A stretch of 64,000 bases of DNA from Laetmonice hystrix (Eukaryota). A program made the position numbers and the translations under genes. The notes under the pieces were generated by a model that saw nothing but the letters and a program-made list of their open reading frames with translations, made no database searches and was not told the DNA's origin. Below are positions 8,640 through 20,573 of the stretch, piece after piece. The stretch covers positions 23,684,001 through 23,748,000 of the forward strand of contig OZ249439.1 in NCBI GenBank assembly GCA_965235115.1, given 5' to 3'. Within the stretch, counting starts at the first letter, position 1. Every line of letters starts with the position of its first letter.

Positions 8640-10348
8640 GACTGCTCTGTGCCCGGTGGACCCGGTTGGTCCTGCCTTGCATCATTTCCCCCCTCTCTTC
8701 GGTTCGTTCTCTGCCAAACTGGATTTCTTCGCCTCATGTCTTCCTGCCTCAGCCTACAATCGGCTTGGAAATGCCCCTTCTTTTGACAGTAGAAACATAC
8801 ACTTTCTTCCCTCCCCGTACGGGTTCTGTTAGTCAGTTCTGCTCGCACTGCTTTTACTATCAATTCCTGCAGCTGGTTGGGACTGAGGGGTGCAGGGGCC
8901 GTCAGTTGGCCGTCAGCCGGCACGCGAGGAGGCATAGAGTTCCCGACAGGCTGTACTGCTGCCAGCCTTCCCCTCCTACTCTTAATAGCCTTGGCTATTG
9001 ACTGGTTCTCAATAGCCACCGTCACGGCCTCCTCCAGCGTGCGACATCGAGCCTTTCTGACGTCCTGCTGCACCTCCTCACTCCACAAACCCTGGCAGTA
9101 CCGTTCGACCAATTCATACTCATCTCTACCATATGTAGCTGGGAAAGCCTTTCTGTATAGGTCTTTGAGGGCCCGCCCAAACTCGTCTACAGCTTCACCC
9201 TTTATCTGGCAACGGTTATAGTAGTCCGTCCTGAAAGCAACTTGTCTGCCTTCAGGAGCGAACCTACTATTTAACATTTGTTTCAGTGACCCAAGGTGGC
9301 GTTTCTGGGATGGCTGGAGGTCCCGCATCACCGTGCTGGCCGGAGGTCGCAGAGCAGCCGCCAGCTGCACGGCAGCCTCGGCATCTGTCCAGCCATTCCA
9401 ACTAGCCACCTGGTCGAAGTGTTCCTCATAATCCTCCCATTCCCGGGCCTTCCCATCGAACTTGTCTAAGTTTAATGGGTCCCTTCTAATTGGTTTGGGG
9501 GTGACTGGGCGGGGGTCTCTGTGCCATCTCTCTATCTCACTATCTCTCCTGCCTCGGCGCACGCTGAATCTGGGGCAGTGGCCACCATCACCCTCATCAG
9601 CCGAGCTATCTGAGTGGCTTGGCCGTTGACTTGGCCATTGGGGGCGGGTGCGTAGAGACCCAGGGCTGTAGAGATCATAGTCTTTTCTGTGGGGGTGGGG
9701 GTTAATATGGGAATATGGTGTGGCCATATGGGAACGGGGGTGACCACGGTGGGGCTCCCTGTGGGGACGGGGGTCATCATAAACTTCTCTCGGTGTGAGA
9801 GCCTCCCGCTGTGGGTAGACCTCCTGTTGATGGTGTCCACCCTGCTGTGGGCTGCCCACCCACTGGCTTGGGCGGGGGGTGGGACGGGTGCGGCGATCTC
9901 CCGATGGGTGGGAGGGTGTCCTCACACAATGGGGCTCTGTCCTTGGCGGGCTGGCCAGTCTGATGGGGCTGTCTGCGTCCCTTCGATGTGGACTGCTGGG
10001 GGACTGGGCGTTCCTTCGATGTGAATTGCTGGGGGACTGGGCGTTCCTTTGATGTGGACTGCTGGGGGACTGGTCTGGCGTTGGGAGCACGTAGTCGGTG
10101 ACCACGTACTCATCTGGGGAGTCACAACTATGCACACAGAGTGCATCAACGTACTCAGCCTGGGAGTCACTATGTACACTTAGTGCAACCGACCCCCGGG
10201 AGTACGCTGCCCGGACATCGCTTCGTTGTCGGCTGCCCAAACTGGAGGTGGATGCATGTCTGCGTAGTAGGCCAGGCAGCGATCTGATAGAGTCAGACAG
10301 CCGCCTGAGCCTGTCCTTTGCCCGGTCCATCTCCGCTCTTGAACTCAC
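8630..10348 (-). CDS. gag: Gag protein (capsid + CCHC zinc knuckle)
   Basis: 572 aa; capsid-type region (LDKFDGKAREWEDYEEHFDQVASWNGW...), CFYCQKKGHFQADC knuckle, disordered S/P/R-rich N-terminus with 11-aa repeats (33-bp repeat at ~9980-10080). Confidence 0.95.
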   Translation of the reverse strand: MSSRAEMDRAKDRLRRLSDSIRSLPGLLRRHASTSSLGSRQRSDVRAAYSRGSVALSVHSDSQAEYVDALCVHSCDSPDEYVVTDYVLPTPDQSPSSPHQRNAQSPSNSHRRNAQSPSSPHRRDADSPIRLASPPRTEPHCVRTPSHPSGDRRTRPTPRPSQWVGSPQQGGHHQQEVYPQREALTPREVYDDPRPHREPHRGHPRSHMATPYSHINPHPHRKDYDLYSPGSLRTRPQWPSQRPSHSDSSADEGDGGHCPRFSVRRGRRDSEIERWHRDPRPVTPKPIRRDPLNLDKFDGKAREWEDYEEHFDQVASWNGWTDAEAAVQLAAALRPPASTVMRDLQPSQKRHLGSLKQMLNSRFAPEGRQVAFRTDYYNRCQIKGEAVDEFGRALKDLYRKAFPATYGRDEYELVERYCQGLWSEEVQQDVRKARCRTLEEAVTVAIENQSIAKAIKSRRGRLAAVQPVGNSMPPRVPADGQLTAPAPLSPNQLQELIVKAVRAELTNRTRTGREESVCFYCQKKGHFQADCRLRQEDMRRRNPVWQRTNRREGGNDARQDQPGPPGTEQSGN

Positions 10349-10366
10349 GCCAGCACACAGCTCCAG

Positions 10367-10384
10367 TCCTGGTCACGCGCACCA
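10367..10384 (-). promoter_or_regulatory. Primer-binding site, tRNA-His type, with a 1-nt insertion
   Basis: Minus strand TGGTGC(G)CGTGACCAGGA versus TGGTGCCGTGACCAGGA, the complement of an invertebrate tRNA-His 3' end as I recall it; lies 7 nt from the LTR end. Confidence 0.75.
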
Positions 10385-10391
10385 GAAATTC

Positions 10392-11313
10392 TGTAGCGAC
10401 CCTGACTGTGGGTGTTAGTTTTAGTACAGGGCCGGGGATAGTTTACTTCTCGTTGTGTTCATTTACCTCGAAAGGATTGAGACGGTGTGGCTGGAGTGGG
10501 GGAAAATGGACTAAGGTGTTAAATATGGGCAAAGAGGGGAGGCGAGACATAACACAGTATATAGTTGATAATGAAATATATTGGTCACTTCACGGTCCCT
10601 GACCCGTTGTGGTTGGCGGCTTACCTGTTTCATGTGCACGTCATTTACAAATCAAGATAGCGGGTTTAGACAGAGGGAGGGGGGTACATCTCTTGGGAGA
10701 GCGCCACTCCTTTGGGAGGCGAGCCAGCTAGCAACACACACCGCGGAACAGCAGGGTAGGTCTTCGGCGCAGAAGGTAGCACTGGGTTGGAAGGCTCGGC
10801 ATTGACCTATCAGTCGCCAGCCTCAGCCGGACCAGGTTGCCGAATGCACTTCCGCTGCTGGAAACTGAAGAATCTCTTGTAGACCAGTGCCGCCAACTGC
10901 GCGCTTACTCCGCTCTCCCGACTGCTGCTCTACTGCTGCTCTACTGCTGCTCTACTGCTGCTCAGGCGGGTGGTGGTGCTGGCTGCCGTCCCATCGGAGA
11001 GGGTGGATCACTCTCCCCGAATACAGGGCGTGCAGGCCCTTATAAAGGGGAGGGGGGCTGCAGCCTACAAGGCCGGCGACCAGTGAGGGGCAGCCCTCTC
11101 CACCCGGCCAGCGGGGCTGACCAATGGGCAAGCATCCCCCCAGGAGTGGCCTGAGATTGACGTCTCAGCTCCCCACTTGGCCACGCCCACGCACGCACAG
11201 TCTGGACACTGGCGGTGGGAGGGAGGCCACCACGGTCACCGGCACATACACTAGAATAAGGCCTTACAATAAACTTAAGGGAAAAATGCACACACAAACC
11301 CAAAATCGCCACA
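10392..11313 (-). repeat. 5' LTR (922 bp, complete)
   Basis: TG...CA ends with imperfect terminal inverted repeat TGTAGCGA/TGTGGCGA; contains an 11-bp ctgctgctcta repeat and a TATA-like element at ~11040. Confidence 0.96.
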
Positions 11314-11449
11314 GTACTAACCGACAAAAATAAAGCCTTCCTTGTTGATATTACACCCGTAACATCAACAATAGAAACAGCAAGGAGCACAACAACAGTA
11401 CCAAGGCTCCGAACTACATAAAAATATGTCCGCTTTCCATTCCATATGG

Positions 11450-12350
11450 TTCCATGACCTTTGCCAGCAATACTCTAACCAGCAAGTGGTTTCCCGGAAA
11501 ACAAACCATATCTAGAGTTCCATCACTCTTCAAACGGGGTCTTATTTCGGTTCTCAATTAGGACGGTGGCATGTCGGCAAACAGGTGGGTTGCCTGCTGC
11601 CAAGTGTTTGACACCAGCCTGCCGGATATTGCGTTTACTTTCAAGTGCAGCTCTTTAATGACCAGGAAAGACTTGGTGAAATGAGTATTTTGTTCACGTT
11701 GAGCACACAGAAGTATTCCGTTACGCGTACTTTTAATATCCACGGTTCGGTAAACCTGACCGTGCTGTAGGCAACTTTCAGGAGAAACAATAATGTACTA
11801 TCTACTCTTCTGTAATAGTTTACATTCAAACAAATCAACTGGTCACTCTACAAACGTTCCGTTTATTCAAATCCAAGGTATAAAATCATGGTAATATGGA
11901 GACAGGTTATTTGGTTACCCTCCTAAAGATGACATAAATCCAATCTGGAAGTTCCACCTATAATAGACACTCTACATTATGGCCAAACATCTGGTCATAA
12001 ATGGTACAAAGACCATGATAAAAAAACTTTATCAGCTCAGTCCCGTTGTGAACCGTCTGCAACAACATTGCCTGACAGAGCGTCGGTCATATGTTGTTTT
12101 ACCCGGTGCAAGATCGGTCATTCTAGATTGACTCACGACTTGTTATTGAAGGGAGTTCCGGCTCGAAAGTGCTTCGCATGTCGGTGCTGTTTGACGCTGT
12201 TTTACTACAGTTGGAAGAGCTCACTGCAATTAGGCAAAGGTTTCCTTTTACCCATGTCAGAGCTGGAATGTTTTTATACTTTTTGTCAAAGTGTAGACGT
12301 CGTACTCATACAGGATTTCCCAATGAAGTAAGCATGCGTTTAGCTTAATA
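11450..12350 (+). mobile_element. Decayed 3' fragment of an RNase H-containing LINE (I group, Nimb-like)
   Basis: Remnant motifs DGGMSANRWVACCQVFDTSLPD (resembles DGSK..VA.A.VF..RLP RNase H) and RCKIGHSRLTHDLLLKGVPARKCFACRCCLT (resembles the RLRIGHTRLTH..C..C zinc finger); broken by stops and frameshifts. Confidence 0.7.
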
Positions 12351-14329
12351 AGAACTTTTATACTTTATTCTACTGTTTCCATAGGGACTCGCGGGAGTGT
12401 ATAGGCGACGTTATATTCTGACCGGGCCTTCCCCGTGAAGATGGCATACTTGAGTATTTACCAACACGTCACAAAACATCACGCACTCACTCACTCAGCA
12501 CATTCATCCCACCCGTGTTATCATTACTATTACTTGGACCCTACCTACCAGTAATCAATTTCGAAAAGTAAATTATTCATTCAAAAGGTATATTTTTAAA
12601 AAATGCAAGGCCTTTTTTATGGAGCCCCGGAGGTGACATGCTGAAAATATTTTTTTCAGATATCAAATATTTTTGATATTGAATCGGGGGGCGATCGACG
12701 GGCGATCGGGAGTGCTTCGTGCCGAATGGGTCCCGACTGACTATGGCCTACTGGCTCCCGATCACGTCCCGAATTCGGGTAATAGGGACGTGATCGGTCC
12801 CGATTTTGTCCAGTGCGTCATATCAGCGTTGGGTGGTTTTGGTCAGTGTTGGTCGGTTTTGGTGTTTAGTCTTAACCGGTGCTCCCAGGCAGGAATGTCA
12901 ACAAGCTGGGGTAAAATGTGATCGTACTTTTCAACGTGCAAGCAAGAATGGCACGTTATGCTAGTCCAGTTTCGCTATCACCACATAATGAGATAGATCG
13001 TTGTAATATTTCTGTGCAGACCAGGTTATCTCTGGAAAATACGATGCAATATTTTCCCTTTAATAACTTAAGATAAGTCAAATGTATCAAAGAACCTTTC
13101 GCGTACGCTCGTTTCTCCGGTGGATGCTGTTTGGTGACGATTACCTGCAGGCACTTCCGGTTGATCACTGTATACATGTATGGAGTAATGACAATATAGT
13201 GAATATAGATAACCCTACCCCTAACAGGGTTTCATATTGACTGGCAACTCTGTAGTTGGTATCTGCCTAACGTGTTCGGCATTGAGTATTTACGCTGTTT
13301 CTCCACGCACAACTCTCGTGCCATGACGTCACCGTTGTGCAGACGACAGTGGATGAATGGATCAATAGTGCTAGGAATGCCTGATGGTGAGTCTTGCCTC
13401 TTTAATGTTCATTTACTGCCGAAAGGCCGTGCACTTTGGAAGGAGCACTACCTCGACATCATGCGACTTCCATGCATGAACCAGCACGCAATCTATCAAT
13501 AAATAGCATCTAGACGTAGACTGAACCTAGCCGCAGACTTTTTGTGAAAACTAAGCTCGTTATCATGAGAAGTCGTAAGTCCCTTTTAGTGTATGCATGG
13601 AAAGTTATCTATAGCACATACATTATTACAAAAGTCGTGATATAAAATTCGGATGAGGACAGTATCGTTTCTCCACCAGTTGATGCACATACCCGAGACT
13701 GGCTACCAGTCAGAAATAGTCCCGTGACACATCGCATGGGAAGTTCCCACCTGAATAATTTGTGCAATCGATGTGGGCAACAGTCGAGATAGCGAAGTTG
13801 TTCACATATAGCTCGGTTTCTTCCAGAAAGAGATTTCATAATTTCATATGTGCATCGGCTGTGTTGACGCAGGTATAGGACATTGTCAAGGTGTAAATAA
13901 ATGACTTCCTTGTCAACATTTTAAGGTGGTAGGAGGCCTACTTATCCTAGAAGGCGTCCCTGGGGGTGAGAAATACAAAAGAATCGAGGAGTGAGAGGAG
14001 GACCCTGATAGGCATGCATAGAATTTACTCTATATCCGCGAGCCCACGGATGACCTGTTTGGTCTGAATGGATTTATGCACTGCGTAAAATATATCCTGA
14101 GTTGCCTTTATCATCCGGAGAATATCAGTTTATAATACAATTATCATTATGATAGGATTATTATGATATATTGTTATGATATATTGGACTATGTTGCATG
14201 TGCCAAGACAGAATCATTTATAGTCGTATAATATTATAATCTCTCGTACAAAGCCGCTCTAAAGGCAATAAAGTGATATGCGATGCCTGATAATTCAGTA
14301 GTATGACTTGAAGCCGATTCACCTACGTA

Positions 14330-15200
14330 CGGCACGTACATAGATGTATGGCAGACCCGTGTGGCAGGTAAACACTGGCAACGGTTCAGCTGCCTGTGCA
14401 ACATTGGCACCCATCCTTCAACCAAAACATCTCATTTTGCAGCCTGAATGAGGTCAACAGTGGGCTTTTTCATAAACGACGTCAAAATCACATTAAGGTA
14501 ATGCTCTATGGGCTGGGGTCAGTGCCTGCAGGCATGGGTCGATTGTGATCATGCTTCCAGTAGGAGACCAGAGTGCACTAGGTAGCTACCCAGGGGGAAC
14601 ACATTAATATTCTATAAGGATACACCTGTTCAACCACTGCTCCATCTGTGCGTACCTGTGCTGGAAGCGGATCATGTTCAGTGGAAAGAAACTCAAGATG
14701 TCAAGAGAATGGTAATGTGGCGTCTGATTTCTGACGGGCCGTTGTTTGGGGACCCTCGCTGTCACAGGAGCCACCAGAGCATAGAGCTCCTCAGTAAATG
14801 CGGGAGGGCTGACCTACAGAAACAGTAAATGTGTAGGTCAGTCAGTGGGCGGCAACGGGGAGCGGCACATGTGTCAGGAAAGGCTGCAGACGATAATAGG
14901 AGGAAGAGACCAGGGAATGCTGGAGGTGTAGTCCTGTTCACCTGATCGTGAAAGGGTCAGCGGAATTCCGGAATGTGAAATGAGGAGGTGGAAGTCGTGA
15001 TCGAGGAACCCCGGTGAAGAAGGTAGCGACCGCTGCATGTGTAGGTACTGGTAGGCCCAACCGAACCTTTGAACATTGTAACATAGGAGACTCCTGTGGC
15101 GTTGGGAAGACTGTGTCAGTGACTGCATCAGGCAATAGCTGCCGGCAAAACCTGTAAGTTTGGGGACAAATTTTACGCAGCAAGAATTAGAACTCGATGT
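14330..15200 (-). mobile_element. Highly decayed non-LTR retrotransposon RT remnant
   Basis: Weak motif resemblance (WKH...GTDPS..SITL, similar to the WK.A...KPGKD...YRPI.L region); many stops; tentative. Confidence 0.35.
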
Positions 15201-15317
15201 GCTCTATGTGTTTTTGGCCTGCTGGAGTATGAAAAACTGAAGTTCTGACTGGGCTGGATCCAAACACCGAAACCAGTGGTAGATTGTGCATGGGTGACAT
15301 ACAATAGGCCCAGCATC

Positions 15318-16232
15318 ATGGAGATGAACTACGGCGCCACGACCAATAACAACACCAAGGATGGGGGGTCGACGGGCGAGTCGGGTGACACCCCCGGGCC
15401 CCGAGACCGACGTCAAACGACGGGTAGAGACCGTCCGCTGACTGAGGCCGGCTCCACCACCTCGGAGACCACTACTCCGGCCTCGACGGCAGACTCAGAT
15501 TATGAGAAAACCAGGAATCGCCTAGATACCCTCTGCGTGGTCGGATACTGTATCGGCCTGCTCACTTTTGTCAGTTTTTATCACATCAAAGGATTTCGGA
15601 GGTTTCCGTACCCGGCCATAGGAAACCTGCAAGATATTAACCCTAACATGGTTGTTCTCAACCTGTGGGAGGATGGTGCGATTTTAGTGCTTGTCACGTG
15701 GGGCGTCAGGTACATACGAAAGATGGGGATGATTCTCCTTGACCAGTGGTTCTTCAGGGCTCACCTGAGCGAGACGGCAGACAGCGGGGGGTTGTCCGGG
15801 AGGTTGGGCCGATCGCCGCCCTTTGAGAACACCCCGGGTACGGGGTCGGTAACATTCACCTGGTGGTACATTGTTCCGATCATCCTCTACCACGGCGGGT
15901 TCGGCGTGTGGATGGGACTGGCCACTAACTACAACCTACACTACCAGATATCAGACATTGAGTGGGTTATCGTAGGGCTGGTGGTGTTCGTGCTAGGTGA
16001 GTTGATGGTCGTGGGTCGGACAGTGTGGGCAGCGAGGCAGGCCAGGCACTCGACCGACCCCGTGTTTGTCGGCAGTGCCATCATACCCGTCGTCGAGATC
16101 GCTGAAGTTATATCCTGCGTTGGCTACGCATTCCTGACTTTGACTTTACCAGCGTGCATCATGGCCTTCGTCAGGTTTATAATCGCAATCTTAGCCGCAG
16201 TGGCAAAGAAAGTTCACGGAACTGCTTTTTGA
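15318..16232 (+). CDS. Intronless multi-pass membrane protein, divergent steroid 5-alpha-reductase/TECR-like (3-oxo-5-alpha-steroid 4-dehydrogenase family)
   Basis: 304 aa from the Kozak ATG gcatcATGG; several hydrophobic helices; family-like motifs TWGVRYIRK, LYHGGFGVWMG, VGLVVFVLGEL, EVISCVGYAFLT; S/T/G/D-rich disordered N-terminus. Confidence 0.75.
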   Translation: MEMNYGATTNNNTKDGGSTGESGDTPGPRDRRQTTGRDRPLTEAGSTTSETTTPASTADSDYEKTRNRLDTLCVVGYCIGLLTFVSFYHIKGFRRFPYPAIGNLQDINPNMVVLNLWEDGAILVLVTWGVRYIRKMGMILLDQWFFRAHLSETADSGGLSGRLGRSPPFENTPGTGSVTFTWWYIVPIILYHGGFGVWMGLATNYNLHYQISDIEWVIVGLVVFVLGELMVVGRTVWAARQARHSTDPVFVGSAIIPVVEIAEVISCVGYAFLTLTLPACIMAFVRFIIAILAAVAKKVHGTAF

Positions 16233-17028
16233 GAAAAAAAAGAGAGAAGTACTTCACAAACTATCAATCATGCACGCACGCATGTTTCATGTGTAGCCTA
16301 AATTCCAATGGAACTATGAATACACCTATAGTTTCGTATAGGTAAAACATTATCATTTCATCCTTATCATCCCGCCTTCAATAGGGGCCTACATTAGATA
16401 TAATGCATATTTTGATATCCTTTTTATGATATTTTTATTGACACCGAACTTTGCAGTAACTTTGGAAGCTTTTTGAAATATTCGTTATCTTACTGAGACC
16501 GTTATTTTATGTGATGCAGTGTTTATATAGAGGCCTACGTATTTGATCAAGGTGTAGTCGTTAGAATAGGCGTATCCTGAATGCATGACCATAGTATAGG
16601 CCTAGGCCCTATACGGTGGCCAAACGCTAAATCGTCCGCTAACATCCACCCCTAAATTGGTCATATATACATTTATAGGCCTCTGATATATTATAGACCT
16701 ATGTCTGTGGTGCATTGTACGTATTTCTAAGTAAAATAAAAACACGAAGTAAGGGAGCGTATTCATTCGTAGCCTCATAGGCCTATCAACTCCCACCGTC
16801 ACGTTTTGTTTTCTGGACAACCGTACACATAGCATAACGCGACAGAAATGCATTTACTTTCTCCATAACTCATAACAGATAGCACCGGGAATACACTTTG
16901 TGAATGTGATGGGGTGCACGACCAATCCACGCTGCCATGCCTATCGGACCGGAGCCTTCATATGCCCCTATTCCACACAGACCACGAATTTCACGAATCC
17001 CTACGAATTGATGAATTCTCGGATTCGG

Positions 17029-17316
17029 CAGATATCAGACATTGAGTGGGTTATCGTAGGGCTGGTGGTGTTCGTGCTAGGTGAGTTGATGGTCGTGAGT
17101 CGGACGGTGTGGGCAGCGAGGCAGGCCAGGCACTCGACCGATCCCGTGTTTGTCGGCAGTGCCATCATGCCCGTCGTCGAGATCGCTGAAGTTATATCCT
17201 GCGTTGGCTACGCATTCCTGACTTTGACTTTACCAGCGTGCATCATGGCCTTCGTCAGGTTTATAATCGCAATCTTAGCCGCAGTGGCAAAGAAAGTTCA
17301 CGGAACTGCTTTTTGA
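17029..17316 (+). pseudogene. Partial copy 1 (C-terminal ~95 aa) of the reductase-like gene
   Basis: Near-identical to the end of the 15318-16232 CDS from QISDIEW onward; joined to 66 bp of foreign sequence. Confidence 0.85.
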
Positions 17317-18455
17317 GAAAAAGAGAGAGAAGTACTTCACAAACTATCAATCATGCACGCATGCATGTTTCATGGGTAAATTCCAATGGAACTAGGCCTA
17401 TATGATACACCTATGTCTCGTTGATATAGGTAAAACATTATCATTTCATCCTTATCATCCCGCCTTCAATAGGGGCCTACATTAGATACAGGCCTAATGC
17501 ATATTTTGATATCCTTTTTATGATGTTTTTATTGACACTGAACTTTGCAGTAACTTTGGAAGCTTTTTGAAATATTCGTTATCTTACTGAGACCGTTATT
17601 TTATGTGATGCAGTGTTTAGGCCTACCCTATAGGCCTAGAGGCCTACGTATTTGATCAAGGTGTATAGTCGTTAGAGTAGGCGTAGGCCCTATCCTGAAT
17701 GCATGACCATAGTAGGCCTAGATCGATAGGCCTAGGCCGTATATATACGGTGGCCAAACGCTAAATCGTCCGATAACATCCACCCCTAAATTGGTCATAC
17801 ATTTATAGGCCTCTGATATATTGTAGACCTATGTCTGTGGTGCATTGTACGTATTTCTAAGTAAAATAAAAAAAACGAAGTAAGGGAGCGTATTCATTCG
17901 TAGGCCTATCAACTCCCACCTTCACGTTTTGTTTTCTGGACAACCGTACACATAGCATAACGCGACAGAATTGCATTTACTTTCTCCATATTTCATAACA
18001 GATAGCATCAGGAACACCCTTTGTGAATGTGATGTGGTGCACGACCAATACACGCTGCCATGCCCATCGGACTGGAGCCTTCTTAGACGCATAAGAAACA
18101 ATCAAAGATATAGGCCTAGATTAAAACATCTTATGTAGATTTTATTAAAACAAGTTGGATATGATTGGTAACATATGCTAGTCTTCCAGTACAAATAATT
18201 AGGTTAGTTGTAGATTTGACATTCTGTTGGTGAAAAAAAAGTTTCACGAGGTCGAATTTGTGAACTGGGATAAATTTCACAGATAACCCATATTCTCCGG
18301 ACCTCTTACTTTTAGATTGGAAAGGACTGTTATTATATTGGATATAAGTTACAATACCTCCTACATGGTGTTTCTTGTCTGCTCTAAACGTGCAACCTTT
18401 GCCCACGATAGGCAGCGCCATCTCGTGAGGAACATGCAAATTAACGTGGTAGCCT

Positions 18456-19027
18456 TGGGGATGATTCTCCTTGACCAGTGGTTCTTCAGGGCTCACCTGA
18501 GCGAGACGGCAGACAGCGGGGGGTTGTCCGGGAGGTTGGGCCCATCGCCGCCCTTTGAGAACACCCCGGGTACGGGGTCGGTCAAATTTACCTGGTGGTA
18601 CACTGTTCCGATCATCCTCTACCACGGCGGGTTCGGCGTGTGGATGGGACTGGCTACTAACTACAACCTACACTACCAGATATCAGACATTGAGTGGGTT
18701 ATCGTAGGGCTGGTGGTGTTCGTGCTAGGTGAGTTGATGGTCGTGGGCCGGACAGTGTGGGCAACGAGGCAGGCCAGGCACTCGACCGACCCCGTGTTTG
18801 TCGGCAGTGCCATCATACCCGTCGTCGAGATCGCTGAAGTTATATCCTGCGTTGGCTACGCATTCCTGACTTTGACTTTACCAGCGTGCATCATGGCCTT
18901 CGTCAGGTTTATAATCGCAATCTTAGCCGCAGTGGCAAAGAAAGTTCACGGAACTGCTTTTCGAGAAAAAAAGAGAGAAGTACTTCACAAACTATCAATC
19001 ATGCACGCACGCATGTTTCATGTGTAG
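18456..19027 (+). pseudogene. Partial/chimeric copy 2 of the reductase-like gene (stop lost, TGA->CGA)
   Basis: Homology starts at tggggATGATTCTC; frame open; CGA at 18962-18964 extends the ORF to 19027. Confidence 0.85.
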
Positions 19028-20064
19028 CCTAAATTCCAATGGAACTATGAATACACCTATAGTTTCGTATAGGTAAAACATTATCATTTCATCCTTATCA
19101 TCCCGCCTTCAATAGGGGCCTACATTAGATATAATGCATATTTTGATATCCTTTTTATGATATTTTTATTGACACCGAACTTTGCAGTAACTTTGGAAGC
19201 TTTTTGAAATATTCGTTATCTTACTGAGACCATTATTTTATGTGATGCAGTGTTTATATAGAGGCCTACGTATTTGATCAAGGTGTAGTCGTTAGAATAG
19301 GCGTATCCTGAATGCATGACCATAGTATAGGCCTAGGCCCTATACGGTGGCCAAACGCTAAATCGTCCGCTAACATCCACCCCTAAATTGGTCATATATA
19401 CATTTATAGGCCTCTGATATATTATAGACCTATGTCTGTGGTGCATTGTACGTATTTCTAAGTAAAATAAAAACACGAAGTAAGGGAGCGTATTCATTCG
19501 TAGCCTCATAGGCCTATCAACTCCCACCTTCACGTTTTGTTTTCTGGACAACCGTACACATAGCATAACGCGACAGAAATGCATTTACTTTCTCCATAAC
19601 TCATAACAGATAGCACCGGGAATACACTTTGTGAATGTGATGGGGTGCACGACCAATCCACGCTGCCATGCCCATCGGACCGGAGCCTTCATAGACGCAT
19701 AAGAAACAATCAAAGATATAGGCCTAGATTAAAACATCTTCTGTAGATTTTATTAAAACAATTTGGATATGATTGGTAACATATGCTAGTCTTCCAGTAC
19801 AAATAATTAGGTTAGTTGTAGATTTGACATTCTGTTGGTGAAAAAAAAGTTTCACGAGGTCGAATTTGTGAACTGGGATAAATTTGACAGATAACCCATA
19901 TTCTCCGGACCTCTTACTTTAAGTTTGGAAAGGAATGTTTATTATATTGGATATAAGTTACAATACCTCCTACATGGTGTTTCTTGTCTGCTCTAAACGT
20001 GCAACCTTTGGCCACGATAGGCAGCGCCATCTCGTGAGGAACATGCAAATTAACGTGGTAGCCT

Positions 20065-20573
20065 TGGGGATGATTCTCCTTGACCAGTGGTTCTTCAGGG
20101 CTCACCTGAGCGAGACGGCAGACAGCGGGGGGTTGTCCGGGAGGTTGGGCCGATCGCCGCCCTTTGAGAACACCCCGGGTACGGGGTCGGTCAAATTTAC
20201 CTGGTGGTACATTGTTCCGATCATCCTCTACCACGGCGGGTTCGGCGTGTGGATGGGACTGGCCACTAACTACAACCTACACTACCAGATATCAGACATT
20301 GAGTGGGTTATCGTAGGGCTGGTGGTGTTCGTGCTAGGTGAGTTGATGGTCGTGGGTCGGACGGTGTGGGCAGCGAGGCAGGCCAGGCACTCGACCGATC
20401 CCGTGTTTGTAGGCAGTGCCATCATGCCCGTCGTCGAGATCGCTGAAGTTATATCCTGCGTTGGCTACGCATTCCTGACTTTGACTTTACCAGCGTGCAT
20501 CATGGCCTTCGTCAGGTTTATAATCGCAATCTTAGCCGCAGTGGCAAAGAAAGTTCACGGAACTGCTTTTTGA
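20065..20573 (+). pseudogene. Partial/chimeric copy 3 of the reductase-like gene
   Basis: Same junction (gtagccttggggatg); open frame fused to an upstream repeat-derived N-terminus (track ORF 19935-20573). Confidence 0.85.

Larger units (their letters stand above)
1..11313 (-). mobile_element. Ty3/Gypsy LTR retrotransposon, near full length (~11.4 kb; left LTR runs off the window by ~86 bp)
   Basis: Direct repeats 1-835 = 10479-11313; LTR ends TGTAGCGA...TCGCCACA; PBS, PPT, gag with CCHC knuckle, pol in PR-RT-RH-IN order (Gypsy order). Confidence 0.98.

Noticed and set aside
4884-10602. Many plus-strand and alternate-frame ORFs over gag/pol
   Set aside because: Shadow ORFs of a GC-rich coding region.
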